Positions 17,841 through 26,006 of a stretch of 32,000 nucleotides of DNA are shown here, piece by piece; the first letter of the stretch is position 1, and each line of letters begins with the position of its first letter. Position numbers and translations under genes: made by a program. The stretch comes from Cereibacter sphaeroides 2.4.1. Lineage in GTDB: Bacteria; Pseudomonadota; Alphaproteobacteria; Rhodobacterales; Rhodobacteraceae. Where the stretch lies: NCBI RefSeq assembly GCF_000012905.2, contig NC_007493.2:2310001-2342000 (forward strand). The letters run 5' to 3'. Below the pieces are notes generated by a model. It was given only the letters and a program-made list of their open reading frames with translations. It did no database searches and had not been told where the DNA came from.

Positions 17841-18258
17841 CGGACGCCTCCGACGCCCCCTCGCGGCGCTCCTCGACAGACCCGCGCGGGGCGAGCTTCC
17901 GGCTCCACCCGGACCGGGGCCCTGCGCCGCCTCCCGGACCTCCGCCTGAAACGGACGACCCGCGCAGAGCGCCGCCCGGCGGCGGTCGCAAGCGGGAAGA
18001 GCATCGCGCCCGGATGACTGGCCGCCCACCCGCCCGCTCCGACAGATCCGTCCCGCAGTGGGAATGGCCTCTCCAGTCCCCCACGGCCGCTCCCGGGCGG
18101 GAGGGGCCGCCGGCGGGGGCATCGAGCCCCCTCCGGCGGCGTTGCCACGGACAGGGCACCCGGCAGAGCCCTGCCCGCAGGCCGGTGCCTGAGGAACCGT
18201 CCGCCGCCCGCGCCGTTGCCACGGCGGGGCGACGTGCCTCGGGCAACCGGAGACGATC

Positions 18259-18681
18259 ATGAAACGCAAGGGTTCCGCAGTCTGGATGGGCGACCTCAAG
18301 ACCGGCAAGGGCACGGTCAGCACGCAATCGGGCGTGCTCTCAGAAGCCCAATACGGGTTCAACACCCGCTTCGAGGAGGGCCCCGGCACCAATCCCGAGG
18401 AACTGATCGGCGCCGCCCATGCCGGCTGCTTCTCGATGGCGCTTTCGAACGTCCTGGGCGAGGCGGGCATGACGGCGGAGCGGATCGAGACCACGGCCAC
18501 CGTCTCGCTCGAGAAGCAGGGCGACGGGTTCGCCATCACCGCGGTCCATCTCGACCTGACCGCCTCGATTCCCGGCGCGAGCGAGGAGTCGTTCCGCGAA
18601 GCCGCCGAGAAGGCCAAGGCCGGCTGCCCGGTCTCGAAGCTGATGACGGCCGAGATCACCATGACGGCCAAGCTGGCCTGA
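18259..18681 (+). CDS. osmC: OsmC-family peroxiredoxin
   Basis: 140 aa with ATG at 18259 and GGAGA upstream. The two conserved Cys contexts are AAHAGCFSMAL and AKAGCPVSK. The overall sequence is OsmC-like. Confidence 0.9.
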   Translation: MKRKGSAVWMGDLKTGKGTVSTQSGVLSEAQYGFNTRFEEGPGTNPEELIGAAHAGCFSMALSNVLGEAGMTAERIETTATVSLEKQGDGFAITAVHLDLTASIPGASEESFREAAEKAKAGCPVSKLMTAEITMTAKLA

Positions 18682-18694
18682 GACAGGTCCGGCA

Positions 18695-18728
18695 GCCGGG
18701 GCGGCAGGGGATGCGCTGCCGCCCCGGC
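18695..18728 (+). terminator. Strong GC hairpin after osmC
   Basis: 13-bp perfect stem GCCGGGGCGGCAG (18695-18707) / CTGCCGCCCCGGC (18716-18728) with an 8-nt loop, followed by CGCCTTGTGTG. Confidence 0.6.
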
Positions 18729-18770
18729 CGCCTTGTGTGCAGGGAAGGCGCGGCACGCCGCGCCCTTCGC

Positions 18771-19138
18771 CCTGCCGGCGCTGCGGCCAGGCAGAGGCGG
18801 CTTCCGCCACTTCCCGCAGTCCGCCTATCCGCGCCAGCGGCCTGTGGCCCGGATCTCGGTCAAGGACGGTCCATCATCGCCATGTGGACGCAGCACGGGG
18901 CCGGGGCGGAGCCGCGGCCGGGCTACCCCGCAGTCCGCCTATCCGGTCGATGACGGTCCAACATCGGCAGGTTCACGAAGCACCAGGCCGGGCCGGGGCG
19001 GCGTCCGCTACCCTTCAATCCGCCTACCCCCGCCAGCGCCCCGTGGCGCGGATCTCGGTCGAGGACAGGTCCATCATCGGCAGGTTCACGAAGCACCAGG
19101 CCGGGGCGGCGCTGCGGCCGAGGCGGGCGGCTTCCGCC
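18771..19138. repeat. Degenerate tandem repeats (about 3.3 units of 85-115 bp) derived from the 3' end of nadD
   Basis: Unit starts are CAGTCCGCCTATCC at 18817, CAGTCCGCCTATCC at 18931 and CAATCCGCCTACCC at 19016. The last is the genuine nadD stop region. A partial unit at 18771-18808 matches 19100-19138 (GCGCTGCGGCC.GGC.G.GGCGGCTTCCGCC). Unit B carries an internal deletion of about 27 nt. Confidence 0.75.
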
Positions 19139-19593
19139 TCGGGGAGAAGCGCCGAGGCATAGCGGCGCGCGGCGGGGCTCGTGCGGGCGCGCAGGCCCGC
19201 CCCGGGCCGCGCCAGCACCCCCACCGGCACGCTTTCCATGATCGCGCGCCAGCGCTCCCACCGGTGGAACTGCGCGAGATTGTCGGCCCCCATCAGCCAG
19301 ACGAACCGCACGCCCGGATAGCGCCTCTGCAGCACCGCAAGCGTCTCGGCGGTGAAGCGGGTGCCGATTTCGGCCTCGAGCCCGGTCACGGCCACCCGGG
19401 GATGGCGCATCAGCCGCCGCGCCTCGGCCAGCCGCCGCGCGAGCGGCGCGGGCGGGCGGGGCTTCAGCGGATTGCCCGGCGAGACCAGCCACCAAACCCG
19501 GTCCAGCCCGAACCGTTTCAGCGCCTCGCGGGTGATATGGACATGCCCCGGATGGGGAGGATCGAACGACCCGCCCAGAAGGCCCACCACCAT
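19024..19593 (-). CDS. nadD: Nicotinate-nucleotide adenylyltransferase
   Basis: These are the last 189 codons of the listed 791-aa ORF, starting at the ATG at 19593. The product begins [20 protein letters not shown] (HxGH motif) and ends ...[13 protein letters not shown] (ISSTxxR-type motif). The rest of that ORF is an antisense shadow of ettA. Confidence 0.88.
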   Translation of the reverse strand: MVVGLLGGSFDPPHPGHVHITREALKRFGLDRVWWLVSPGNPLKPRPPAPLARRLAEARRLMRHPRVAVTGLEAEIGTRFTAETLAVLQRRYPGVRFVWLMGADNLAQFHRWERWRAIMESVPVGVLARPGAGLRARTSPAARRYASALLPEAEAARLGRSAAPAWCFVNLPMMDLSSTEIRATGRWRG

Positions 19594-19773
19594 TCCCGCC
19601 TCAGCCCTGGGCCAGCCCTGCACCCGCTCCTCCTCGCATGGCGGGATCCGTTCCGGCCGCGCTTCTTTTCCTGCGGGCCGAGCGCCCGGAACCGCCGAGA
19701 AACCATCCTCGCGTTGTGCTTGTCCAGCGCAATCGGTAAAAGGGCCGCCAAACCGCGATTTCGGAGAGTTGGC

Positions 19774-21429
19774 ATGGCCTCGTATCAATATGTCTACCAC
19801 ATGGAGGGTGTCTCCAAGACCTACCCCGGCGGCAAGAAGTGCTTCGAGAACATCCACCTCAACTTCCTGCCGGGCGTGAAGATCGGCGTCGTGGGCGTCA
19901 ACGGCGCGGGTAAGTCCACGCTCTTGCGCATCATGGCGGGCATGGACAAGGACTTCCAAGGCGACGCCTGGGCCGCCAAGGGCGCCAAGGTGGGCTATCT
20001 CGCGCAGGAGCCGCAGCTGGACCCCGCGCTCGACGTGCGCGGAAACGTGATGGAAGGCGTCGCGGCCAAGCGGGCGGTCCTCGACCGCTACAACGAACTC
20101 GCGATGAACTACTCCGACGAGACCGCGGACGAGATGGCCCAGCTTCAGGACCTGATCGACGCGCAGAACCTGTGGGATCTCGACAGCCAGGTCGATATCG
20201 CCATGGAAGCGCTGCGCTGCCCGCCGGACGATGCGGATGTCGAAAGCCTCTCGGGCGGCGAGCGCCGCCGCGTGGCGCTCTGCAAGCTGCTCCTCGAAGC
20301 GCCCGACATGCTGCTTCTGGACGAACCGACCAACCACCTCGACGCGGAATCGATCGCCTGGCTGCAGAAGCACCTGATCGAATACAAGGGCACGATCCTG
20401 ATCGTGACCCACGACCGCTACTTCCTCGACGACATCACCGGCTGGATCCTCGAACTCGACCGCGGCCGCGGCATCCCCTACGAGGGCAACTATTCCTCGT
20501 GGCTCGAGCAGAAGGCCAAGCGCCTGCTGCAGGAAGCGCGCGAGGACAAGGCCCGCCAGAAGGTGCTCACCCGCGAACTCGAATGGATCCGCTCGGGCGC
20601 CAAGGCCCGGCAGGCCAAGCAGAAGGCGCGGATCCAGAAATACAACGAGCTCGCCGGCCAGTCGGTGCGCGAGCGGATCTCGACCGCGCAGATCGTCATC
20701 CCGAACGGCGAGCGTCTCGGCGGCAAGGTGATCGAGGTCGAGAACCTCAAGAAGCACATGGGCGACAAGCTCCTGATCGAGAACCTGTCCTTCTCGATCC
20801 CGCCGGGCGGCGTCGTGGGGGTGATCGGGCCGAACGGCGCGGGCAAATCCACCCTCTTCAAGATGCTGACCGGGCAGGAACAGCCCGACGAGGGCACGAT
20901 CTCGCTGGGCGACACGGTGCAGCTTTCCTACGTCGACCAGTCGCGCGATGCGCTCGACCCGAACAAGACCGTGTGGGAGGAAATCTCGGACGGGCTCGAG
21001 GTCATCCACCTCGGCGATGCCGAGATGAACAGCCGCGCCTATTGCGGGGCCTTCAACTTCAAGGGCACCGACCAGCAGAAGAAGGTGGGGCTGCTGTCGG
21101 GCGGCGAGCGCAACCGGGTGCACATGGCCAAGCTCCTGCGCTCGGGCGGCAACGTGCTGCTCCTCGACGAACCGACCAACGACCTCGACGTGGAAACGCT
21201 GCAGGCGCTGGAAGCGGCCATCGACGATTTCGCGGGCTCGGCGATCATCATCTCGCACGATCGTTTCTTCCTCGACCGGCTCTGCACGCATATCCTCGCC
21301 TTCGAGGGGGATGCGCATGTGGAATGGTTCGAGGGCAACTTCGAGGCCTATGAGGAAGACAAGATCCGCCGCCTCGGGCCGGATTCGGTCGAACCGCATC
21401 GGGTGAAATACAAGAAGTTCAGCCGATGA
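19774..21429 (+). CDS. ettA: Energy-dependent translational throttle protein EttA (ABC-F ATPase)
   Basis: ATG at 19774. The product begins [22 protein letters not shown]. There are two ABC cassettes, with Walker [10 protein letters not shown] and GPNGAGKST and signatures LSGGERRR and LSGGERNR. The 551-aa length is close to that of E. coli EttA. Confidence 0.95.
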   Translation: MASYQYVYHMEGVSKTYPGGKKCFENIHLNFLPGVKIGVVGVNGAGKSTLLRIMAGMDKDFQGDAWAAKGAKVGYLAQEPQLDPALDVRGNVMEGVAAKRAVLDRYNELAMNYSDETADEMAQLQDLIDAQNLWDLDSQVDIAMEALRCPPDDADVESLSGGERRRVALCKLLLEAPDMLLLDEPTNHLDAESIAWLQKHLIEYKGTILIVTHDRYFLDDITGWILELDRGRGIPYEGNYSSWLEQKAKRLLQEAREDKARQKVLTRELEWIRSGAKARQAKQKARIQKYNELAGQSVRERISTAQIVIPNGERLGGKVIEVENLKKHMGDKLLIENLSFSIPPGGVVGVIGPNGAGKSTLFKMLTGQEQPDEGTISLGDTVQLSYVDQSRDALDPNKTVWEEISDGLEVIHLGDAEMNSRAYCGAFNFKGTDQQKKVGLLSGGERNRVHMAKLLRSGGNVLLLDEPTNDLDVETLQALEAAIDDFAGSAIIISHDRFFLDRLCTHILAFEGDAHVEWFEGNFEAYEEDKIRRLGPDSVEPHRVKYKKFSR

Positions 21430-21785
21430 CCGCAGGGCGGCTCTGGCTTGCCGCGGCCCTTGCGCTCGCCCTTCCGGGGGCGGCGCAGGCGGCCTGCGTC
21501 AAGTCCAAGGGCACGCCCCTGCGCACCGACGACGAGCTGACCCTCGACTATCTGCTCTGCAAGCACCGCGAGCAGGCCGAGGCGCTCCAGCGGCAGCGGG
21601 TCCGTCAGGTCCCGCCGCAGGACGAGACGCAGATCCCGGATGGGGTCATCGACAAGTATCAGCGCCGCACGACACCTTTCTTCGACCGCTCGCGCAGCAC
21701 GCAGGACTCGCTCGATTCGATGGGCGACGTGAACACGCTGATGGGAGACCGGCTGAAGCTGCTCGAGCCGCGCCGCCTGCCCTAG
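21426..21785 (+). CDS. Hypothetical exported protein (signal peptide, 2 Cys)
   Basis: The ATG at 21426 overlaps the ettA TGA (ATGA). The signal peptide is [22 protein letters not shown]. Hand-checked codons have strongly G/C-biased third positions. I recognise no family. Confidence 0.55.
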   Translation: MTAGRLWLAAALALALPGAAQAACVKSKGTPLRTDDELTLDYLLCKHREQAEALQRQRVRQVPPQDETQIPDGVIDKYQRRTTPFFDRSRSTQDSLDSMGDVNTLMGDRLKLLEPRRLP

Positions 21786-21923
21786 CTTCGGCCGCAGGCC
21801 CACGGCACCCGCCGCGCAGCGCTTCCGCAGGCGCATGGCGCCGCCTGCTCTCCCCCTGCCGCGCGTCAGCCCTCCGCCTGCATCAGCCCGGCGCCCGGCT
21901 TCCGCCCTCCGCTCGCAGCCCCG

Positions 21924-22127
21924 TCACTCGAAGGCGCAGCCGGGGCGAGCCCCCATCCTGCGGAAGGCGATGGCCGCAGGGCAGAAGCCGGTGAAGGACG
22001 ACTGGATCAGGTTCAGCCCGATGAAGACGGTGAACCAGACGAACAGCGGCGAGACGAACAGGGTGAGCAGGACGCTCAGGAGAACCATGGATCCGGCGAA
22101 CAGCATCACCAGGCGATCGAGGGTCAT
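21924..22127 (-). CDS. DUF2892 (YgaP-like) small inner-membrane protein
   Basis: I prefer the ATG at 22127. The 67-aa product is MTLDRLVMLFAGSMVLLSVLLTLF...FTVFIGLNLIQSSFTGFCPAAIAFRRMG. It has two TM helices and the conserved LxQxxxTGxCP motif of DUF2892. Confidence 0.7.
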   Translation of the reverse strand: MTLDRLVMLFAGSMVLLSVLLTLFVSPLFVWFTVFIGLNLIQSSFTGFCPAAIAFRRMGARPGCAFE

Positions 22128-22272
22128 GGGGGTGGCTCCGTGCGAAAGACAGTGCACCGACGCTAGCAGCTTCGCTCGACACATTCAATAACCGGAATAA
22201 AAAGGCCGGCAGGAACCGTCCAGTGGTCAAGGCGTTGGCGACGAAAGCCCTTTCCCATCCGAGGAAAACGCC

Positions 22273-22425
22273 ATGTCGACCATCCTGCTCATCATCCTGA
22301 TCCTGGTTCTCATCGGCGCCCTGCCGAGCTGGGGCTATTCCCGCAGCTGGGGCTACGGCCCGTCCGGCGTCGTGGGCGTCGTGGTGGTCATCGTGCTGAT
22401 CCTCATCCTGACCGGGCGCTTCTGA
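22273..22425 (+). CDS. DUF3309 small membrane protein (50 aa; below ORF-track cutoff)
   Basis: ATG at 22273 with GAGGA 7 nt upstream. My translation is MSTILLIILILVLIGALPSWGYSRSWGYGPSGVVGVVVVIVLILILTGRF*. It carries the PxWxYSRxWGYxPSG core typical of DUF3309. Confidence 0.75.
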   Translation: MSTILLIILILVLIGALPSWGYSRSWGYGPSGVVGVVVVIVLILILTGRF

Positions 22426-22442
22426 CGGCCCCGCCGCCTGTC

Positions 22443-22473
22443 GACCGGGACCCACGAAACGGAGGTCCCGGTC
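22443..22473 (+). terminator. Hairpin after the DUF3309 gene
   Basis: 10-bp stem GACCGGGACC (22443-22452) / GGTCCCGGTC (22464-22473) with an 11-nt loop. Confidence 0.45.
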
Positions 22474-22474
22474 A

Positions 22475-22508
22475 GCGCCGGAGGTGGGCGCCGCACAGCC
22501 TCCGGCGC
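22475..22508 (-). terminator. Hairpin after the zinc-ribbon gene
   Basis: 10-bp stem GCGCCGGAGG (22475-22484) / CCTCCGGCGC (22499-22508), immediately downstream (minus sense) of the stop at 22516. Confidence 0.45.
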
Positions 22509-22515
22509 GGATGAG

Positions 22516-22806
22516 TCAGACCAGCGCCTGCGCCTCGGGAGAGAGGGCCATCCCAGAGCGGATCTTCTCGGCCCATGGCGCCTCGATCTCGCCGAGCTTG
22601 CGCCAGACCGCCACCTGAACCTCGGGCACCTCCGACCGGGCGGCGCTCTCGAGGCAGCGCCAGTGCTCGACCGGCGGATCGCTGTCGCAGATCGCGCACA
22701 CGAGGATCTCGCCCGCGCCCTCGACCTCCACCGGCAGGCAATCGTCCATGCCGCCGCAGAACTCGCACATGCCGTGGGCGCGGCTCATCAGGGTTCCCCA
22801 GGTCAT
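22516..22806 (-). CDS. Small zinc-ribbon protein, tentatively PhnA-like
   Basis: The track start at 22812 is a TTG. The ATG at 22806 has GGAGG 6 nt upstream. The product is MTWGTLMSRAHGMCEFCGG...LVCAICDSDPPVEHWRCLESAARSEVPEVQVAVWRKL. It has CxxC...CxxC followed by an HWRCL/VPxVQV pattern that I recall from PhnA-like proteins. That recollection is from memory and was not searched. Confidence 0.55.
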   Translation of the reverse strand: MTWGTLMSRAHGMCEFCGGMDDCLPVEVEGAGEILVCAICDSDPPVEHWRCLESAARSEVPEVQVAVWRKLGEIEAPWAEKIRSGMALSPEAQALV

Positions 22807-22904
22807 TTCCAACCTCCAGATCGCTTTGCCGAAACCCTACCGCTGCGGCAGGAAACTGCCAATGCGACGCACCGGCGTCATTATGCCCTGCCCCGCGAAT
22901 CCAG

Positions 22905-22933
22905 TTGAAAAACGCCGCACTTCGGCCATACTG
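22905..22933 (+). promoter_or_regulatory. Candidate cspA promoter with long 5' UTR
   Basis: TTGAAA (22905-22910) - 16 nt - CATACT (22927-22932). This would give a leader of about 120 nt, as is common for cold-shock genes. This rests on pattern match only. Confidence 0.3.
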
Positions 22934-23056
22934 CGGTGCGCGACGTTATCTTTATCGACCACTGTCTCCCTCGCCGGCAACAGTCATTCGATCTTGCCCT
23001 GACTGAGCCGAGCCGCCGCACTTCCGCGGGCGGCATACCTGAGAGGAGACACCACG

Positions 23057-23263
23057 ATGGCCAAAGGCACCGTGAAATGGTTCAACGCCACCAAAGGCTA
23101 CGGCTTCATCGCCCCTGAAGGCGGCAAGAAGGACGTGTTCGTCCACATCACCGCGCTCGAGCGTGCGGGCATCCGCGCCCTGAACGACGGCCAGGCCGTG
23201 ACCTTCGACATCGAATCGGGCCGCGACGGCCGCGAATCGGCCACGAACATCTCGATCGCCTGA
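23057..23263 (+). CDS. cspA: Cold-shock protein (CspA family)
   Basis: 68 aa beginning MAKGTVKWFNATKGYGFIAPEGGKKDVFVHITAL, with RNP1 (KGYGFI) and RNP2 (VFVHI). AGGAG lies upstream. Confidence 0.95.
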   Translation: MAKGTVKWFNATKGYGFIAPEGGKKDVFVHITALERAGIRALNDGQAVTFDIESGRDGRESATNISIA

Positions 23264-23282
23264 GGACACTTCCTCGGCGGAC

Positions 23283-23308
23283 AGGGGCAGGCTCCGGCCT
23301 GCCCTTTT
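23283..23308 (+). terminator. Rho-independent terminator of cspA
   Basis: GGGCAGGC (23285-23292), loop TCCG, GCCTGCCC (23297-23304), followed by TTTT (23305-23308). Confidence 0.8.
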
Positions 23309-23386
23309 GCATGTCAGCCCCTGCCCCCATTGCAGCGCCGCCGCTGCGGACGCAGAGTGGCGCCGCGACGGTTGGAGCGCACGGCC

Positions 23387-24325
23387 ATGTTGGAAGCGGA
23401 CTACCACGACCTCCTCGATCCCGAGACCTGGCAGTTCATCCGCGACAGCGCCCGCCATTTCCCGCCCGACAGCGACCGGCTGCCGCTCGCCGAACAGCGC
23501 GCGCTTCACGCTGGCCTCTGCCGCGCCTTCCGCGCCCCGCTGCCGCCGGACGTGACCCTGACGGACCGGACCTTCGGCACCCGCCCCTGCCGCCTCTATG
23601 AACCGGCGGCGCCTGCGGGAACGGTGCTCTTCCTGCATGGCGGCGGCTTCGTTCTGGGCGGCCTCGACGCGTTCGACGATCTCTGCGCCGAGATCGCGGC
23701 CGGAACCGGCCTGCGCACCGTCGCGGTGGACTATCGGCTGGCGCCAGAATATCCCCATCCGGCGGCCTTCCACGATGCGCTGCGGGCGGCGCAGGCGGTG
23801 GCGCAGGCCTTTCCGGGGCCGCTCGTGCTGATGGGCGAGGATGCGGGCGGCGCGCTGGCCGCCTCGGTCGCCCATGCGCTGCGCGGCCGCCGGGCGCTGG
23901 CCGGACAGGTGCTGGTCTGCCCGATGCTCGGCGGCGCCCTCGACCGGGTCAGCGCCCTCACCCACGCCACCGCGCCCATGCTCTCGCGGCAGGACGTGCT
24001 CCGCATGGGCGCCCTCCGGCACGGCGGGCGCGAGCCTGCCGCCGATCCCACCGCGGACGCGCTCCGCGACACCGACTTCCGCGGCCTGCCGCCCACGCTG
24101 ATCGTCACCGCCCAGTGCGATCCGCTGACCGACGATGGCCGCGCCTACCGCGACGCCATCCGGGCGGCCGCGGGCCGGGCGCGCTGGATCGAGGAGCCGG
24201 GCCTCGTCCACGGCTTCCTCCGCGCCCGCCACCGCGTGCCCCGCGCCGCGGCGAGTTTCGCCCGCATCCTCCAGGCCGCCTCCGCCATGGCCCACGACCG
24301 CTTCGCCGCCGCCCGCCCGGGCTGA
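23387..24325 (+). CDS. Alpha/beta hydrolase, hormone-sensitive-lipase (family IV esterase)-like, with atypical nucleophile elbow
   Basis: ATG at 23387 (MLEADYHDLL...). The oxyanion motif is LHGGGFVLGG. The elbow reads GEDAGG instead of GDSAGG. The acid (QCDPLTDDG) and histidine (LVHGFL) motifs are present. Confidence 0.85.
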   Translation: MLEADYHDLLDPETWQFIRDSARHFPPDSDRLPLAEQRALHAGLCRAFRAPLPPDVTLTDRTFGTRPCRLYEPAAPAGTVLFLHGGGFVLGGLDAFDDLCAEIAAGTGLRTVAVDYRLAPEYPHPAAFHDALRAAQAVAQAFPGPLVLMGEDAGGALAASVAHALRGRRALAGQVLVCPMLGGALDRVSALTHATAPMLSRQDVLRMGALRHGGREPAADPTADALRDTDFRGLPPTLIVTAQCDPLTDDGRAYRDAIRAAAGRARWIEEPGLVHGFLRARHRVPRAAASFARILQAASAMAHDRFAAARPG

Positions 24326-24418
24326 GACACGCCGCCGCCGTCGCGGAGAGGTCGCTGGGAAGACAGACGGCCCGCCCCTGCCGCGGCAGGACGACAGGAA
24401 CACTGCAGGAAGGCCCCC

Positions 24419-25924
24419 ATGACCCAGCCCAACATCCTCATCCTGATGGTCGATCAGCTGAACGGAACGCTGTTTCCCGACGGGCCGGCCGACTGGCTGC
24501 ACGCGCCGAACCTGAAGCGGCTCGCGGACCGCTCTCTCCGGTTTTCGAACAGCTATACGGCCAGCCCCCTCTGCGCCCCGGCGCGGGCCTCCTTCATGTC
24601 GGGTCAGCTGCCCTCGCGCACCCGGGTCTATGACAATGCGGCCGAGTTCGCCTCGGACATTCCCACCTTCGCACATCATCTGCGGCGCGCCGGCTATCAG
24701 ACCACGCTCTCGGGCAAGATGCATTTCGTGGGGCCCGACCAGCTGCACGGGTTCGAGGCGCGGCTGACGACCGACATCTATCCCGCCGACTTCGGCTGGA
24801 CGCCGGACTATCGCAAGCCGGGCGAGCGGATCGACTGGTGGTATCACAACTTGGGCTCCGTCACCGGCGCGGGCGTGGCCGAGATCACCAACCAGCTCGA
24901 ATATGACGACGACGTGGCGCATCAGGCGATCCAGAAGCTCTACGACCTGTCGCGCGGCGCCGATCCGCGGCCCTGGTGCCTCACGGTCAGCTTCACCCAT
25001 CCGCACGATCCCTTCGTGGCGCGCCGGAAATACTGGGACCTCTACGAGGACCATCCAATGCTCGAGCCGCCCGCCTCCATTCCCTACGAAGCCCAGGACA
25101 GCCACTCGCGCCGCCTGATGGATGCCTGCGATTTCAAGGCGTTCGACATCACGCCCGAGCAGGTGCGCCGCGCGCGGCAGGGCTACTTCGCCAATATCTC
25201 CTATGTGGACGACAAGATCGGCGAGATCCTCGCCGTACTCGAGGCCTCGCGTCAGGAGGCCATCGTCGTCTTCGTCTCGGATCACGGCGAGATGCTGGGC
25301 GACCGCGGCCTCTGGTTCAAGATGAGCTTCTTCGAGGGCTCGGCCAGGGTGCCGCTGATGATCGCGGCTCCCGGCCTGCCCGCCGGGCGGATCGCGGCGC
25401 CGGTTTCGACCATCGACGTGACGCCCACGCTCTGCGCGCTGGCCGGCATCGACATGGGCGAGATCGCGCCCTGGACCGATGGCATCAGTCTGGTCCCGCT
25501 GGCCGAAGGCGAACTGCGTCCCGAGCCCGTGTTCATGGAATATGCGGCCGAGGGTTCGATCACGCCGCTGGTGGCGATCCGCGAGGGGCGCTGGAAATAT
25601 GTCCGCTGTCTCGCAGATCCCGAACAGCTGTTCGATATCGAGGCGGATCCCGGCGAGCGGACGGATCTGGCGGCCGATCCGGCCCATGCCGACACGCTGG
25701 CGCGGCTGCGGTCCCTCTCGCAGGCGCGCTGGGATCTCGCGGCCTTCGACGCCGCCGTGCGCGAAAGCCAGGCCCGGCGCTGGATCGTCTACGAGGCGCT
25801 GCGGCAGGGCGGCTATTACCCGTGGGATTACCAGCCGCTGCAGAAGGCTTCCGAGCGCTACATGCGCAACCACATGGATCTGAATATTCTCGAAGAGAGC
25901 AAGCGCTTCCCGCGGGGCGAATGA
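24419..25924 (+). CDS. betC: Choline-sulfatase
   Basis: 501 aa beginning MTQPNILILMVDQLNG. The formylglycine motif is SPLCAPARASFMSG (CxPxR). SDHGEMLGDRGLWFK is present, and the overall sequence resembles BetC. Confidence 0.9.
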   Translation: MTQPNILILMVDQLNGTLFPDGPADWLHAPNLKRLADRSLRFSNSYTASPLCAPARASFMSGQLPSRTRVYDNAAEFASDIPTFAHHLRRAGYQTTLSGKMHFVGPDQLHGFEARLTTDIYPADFGWTPDYRKPGERIDWWYHNLGSVTGAGVAEITNQLEYDDDVAHQAIQKLYDLSRGADPRPWCLTVSFTHPHDPFVARRKYWDLYEDHPMLEPPASIPYEAQDSHSRRLMDACDFKAFDITPEQVRRARQGYFANISYVDDKIGEILAVLEASRQEAIVVFVSDHGEMLGDRGLWFKMSFFEGSARVPLMIAAPGLPAGRIAAPVSTIDVTPTLCALAGIDMGEIAPWTDGISLVPLAEGELRPEPVFMEYAAEGSITPLVAIREGRWKYVRCLADPEQLFDIEADPGERTDLAADPAHADTLARLRSLSQARWDLAAFDAAVRESQARRWIVYEALRQGGYYPWDYQPLQKASERYMRNHMDLNILEESKRFPRGE

Positions 25925-25951
25925 ACCGCCCGCGGCCTCGTCCGCGGCAGC

Positions 25952-25986
25952 GCCGTGGGCAGGGGTTCGATGCCCCTGCCCACGGC
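25952..25986. terminator. Bidirectional terminator hairpin (betC / blc convergent)
   Basis: 14-bp perfect stem (25952-25965 / 25973-25986) with the 7-nt loop TTCGATG. Confidence 0.7.
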
Positions 25987-26006
25987 TCCCCCGCCGCCCG
26001 GTGGCC

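Noticed and set aside
15909-18671. 920-aa minus-strand ORF
   Set aside because: It is antisense to lysK and osmC and spans a non-coding GC-rich spacer. It has no motifs.
18771-19138. Possible CRISPR array or REP cluster
   Set aside because: The units are long (85-115 bp), degenerate and contiguous, without unique spacers, and they are homologous to the nadD coding 3' end. No cas genes are present.
19594-21399. Upstream 600 codons or so of the listed 791-aa minus ORF
   Set aside because: It is antisense to ettA. Only the terminal 189 codons (nadD) carry recognisable motifs and a sensible start.
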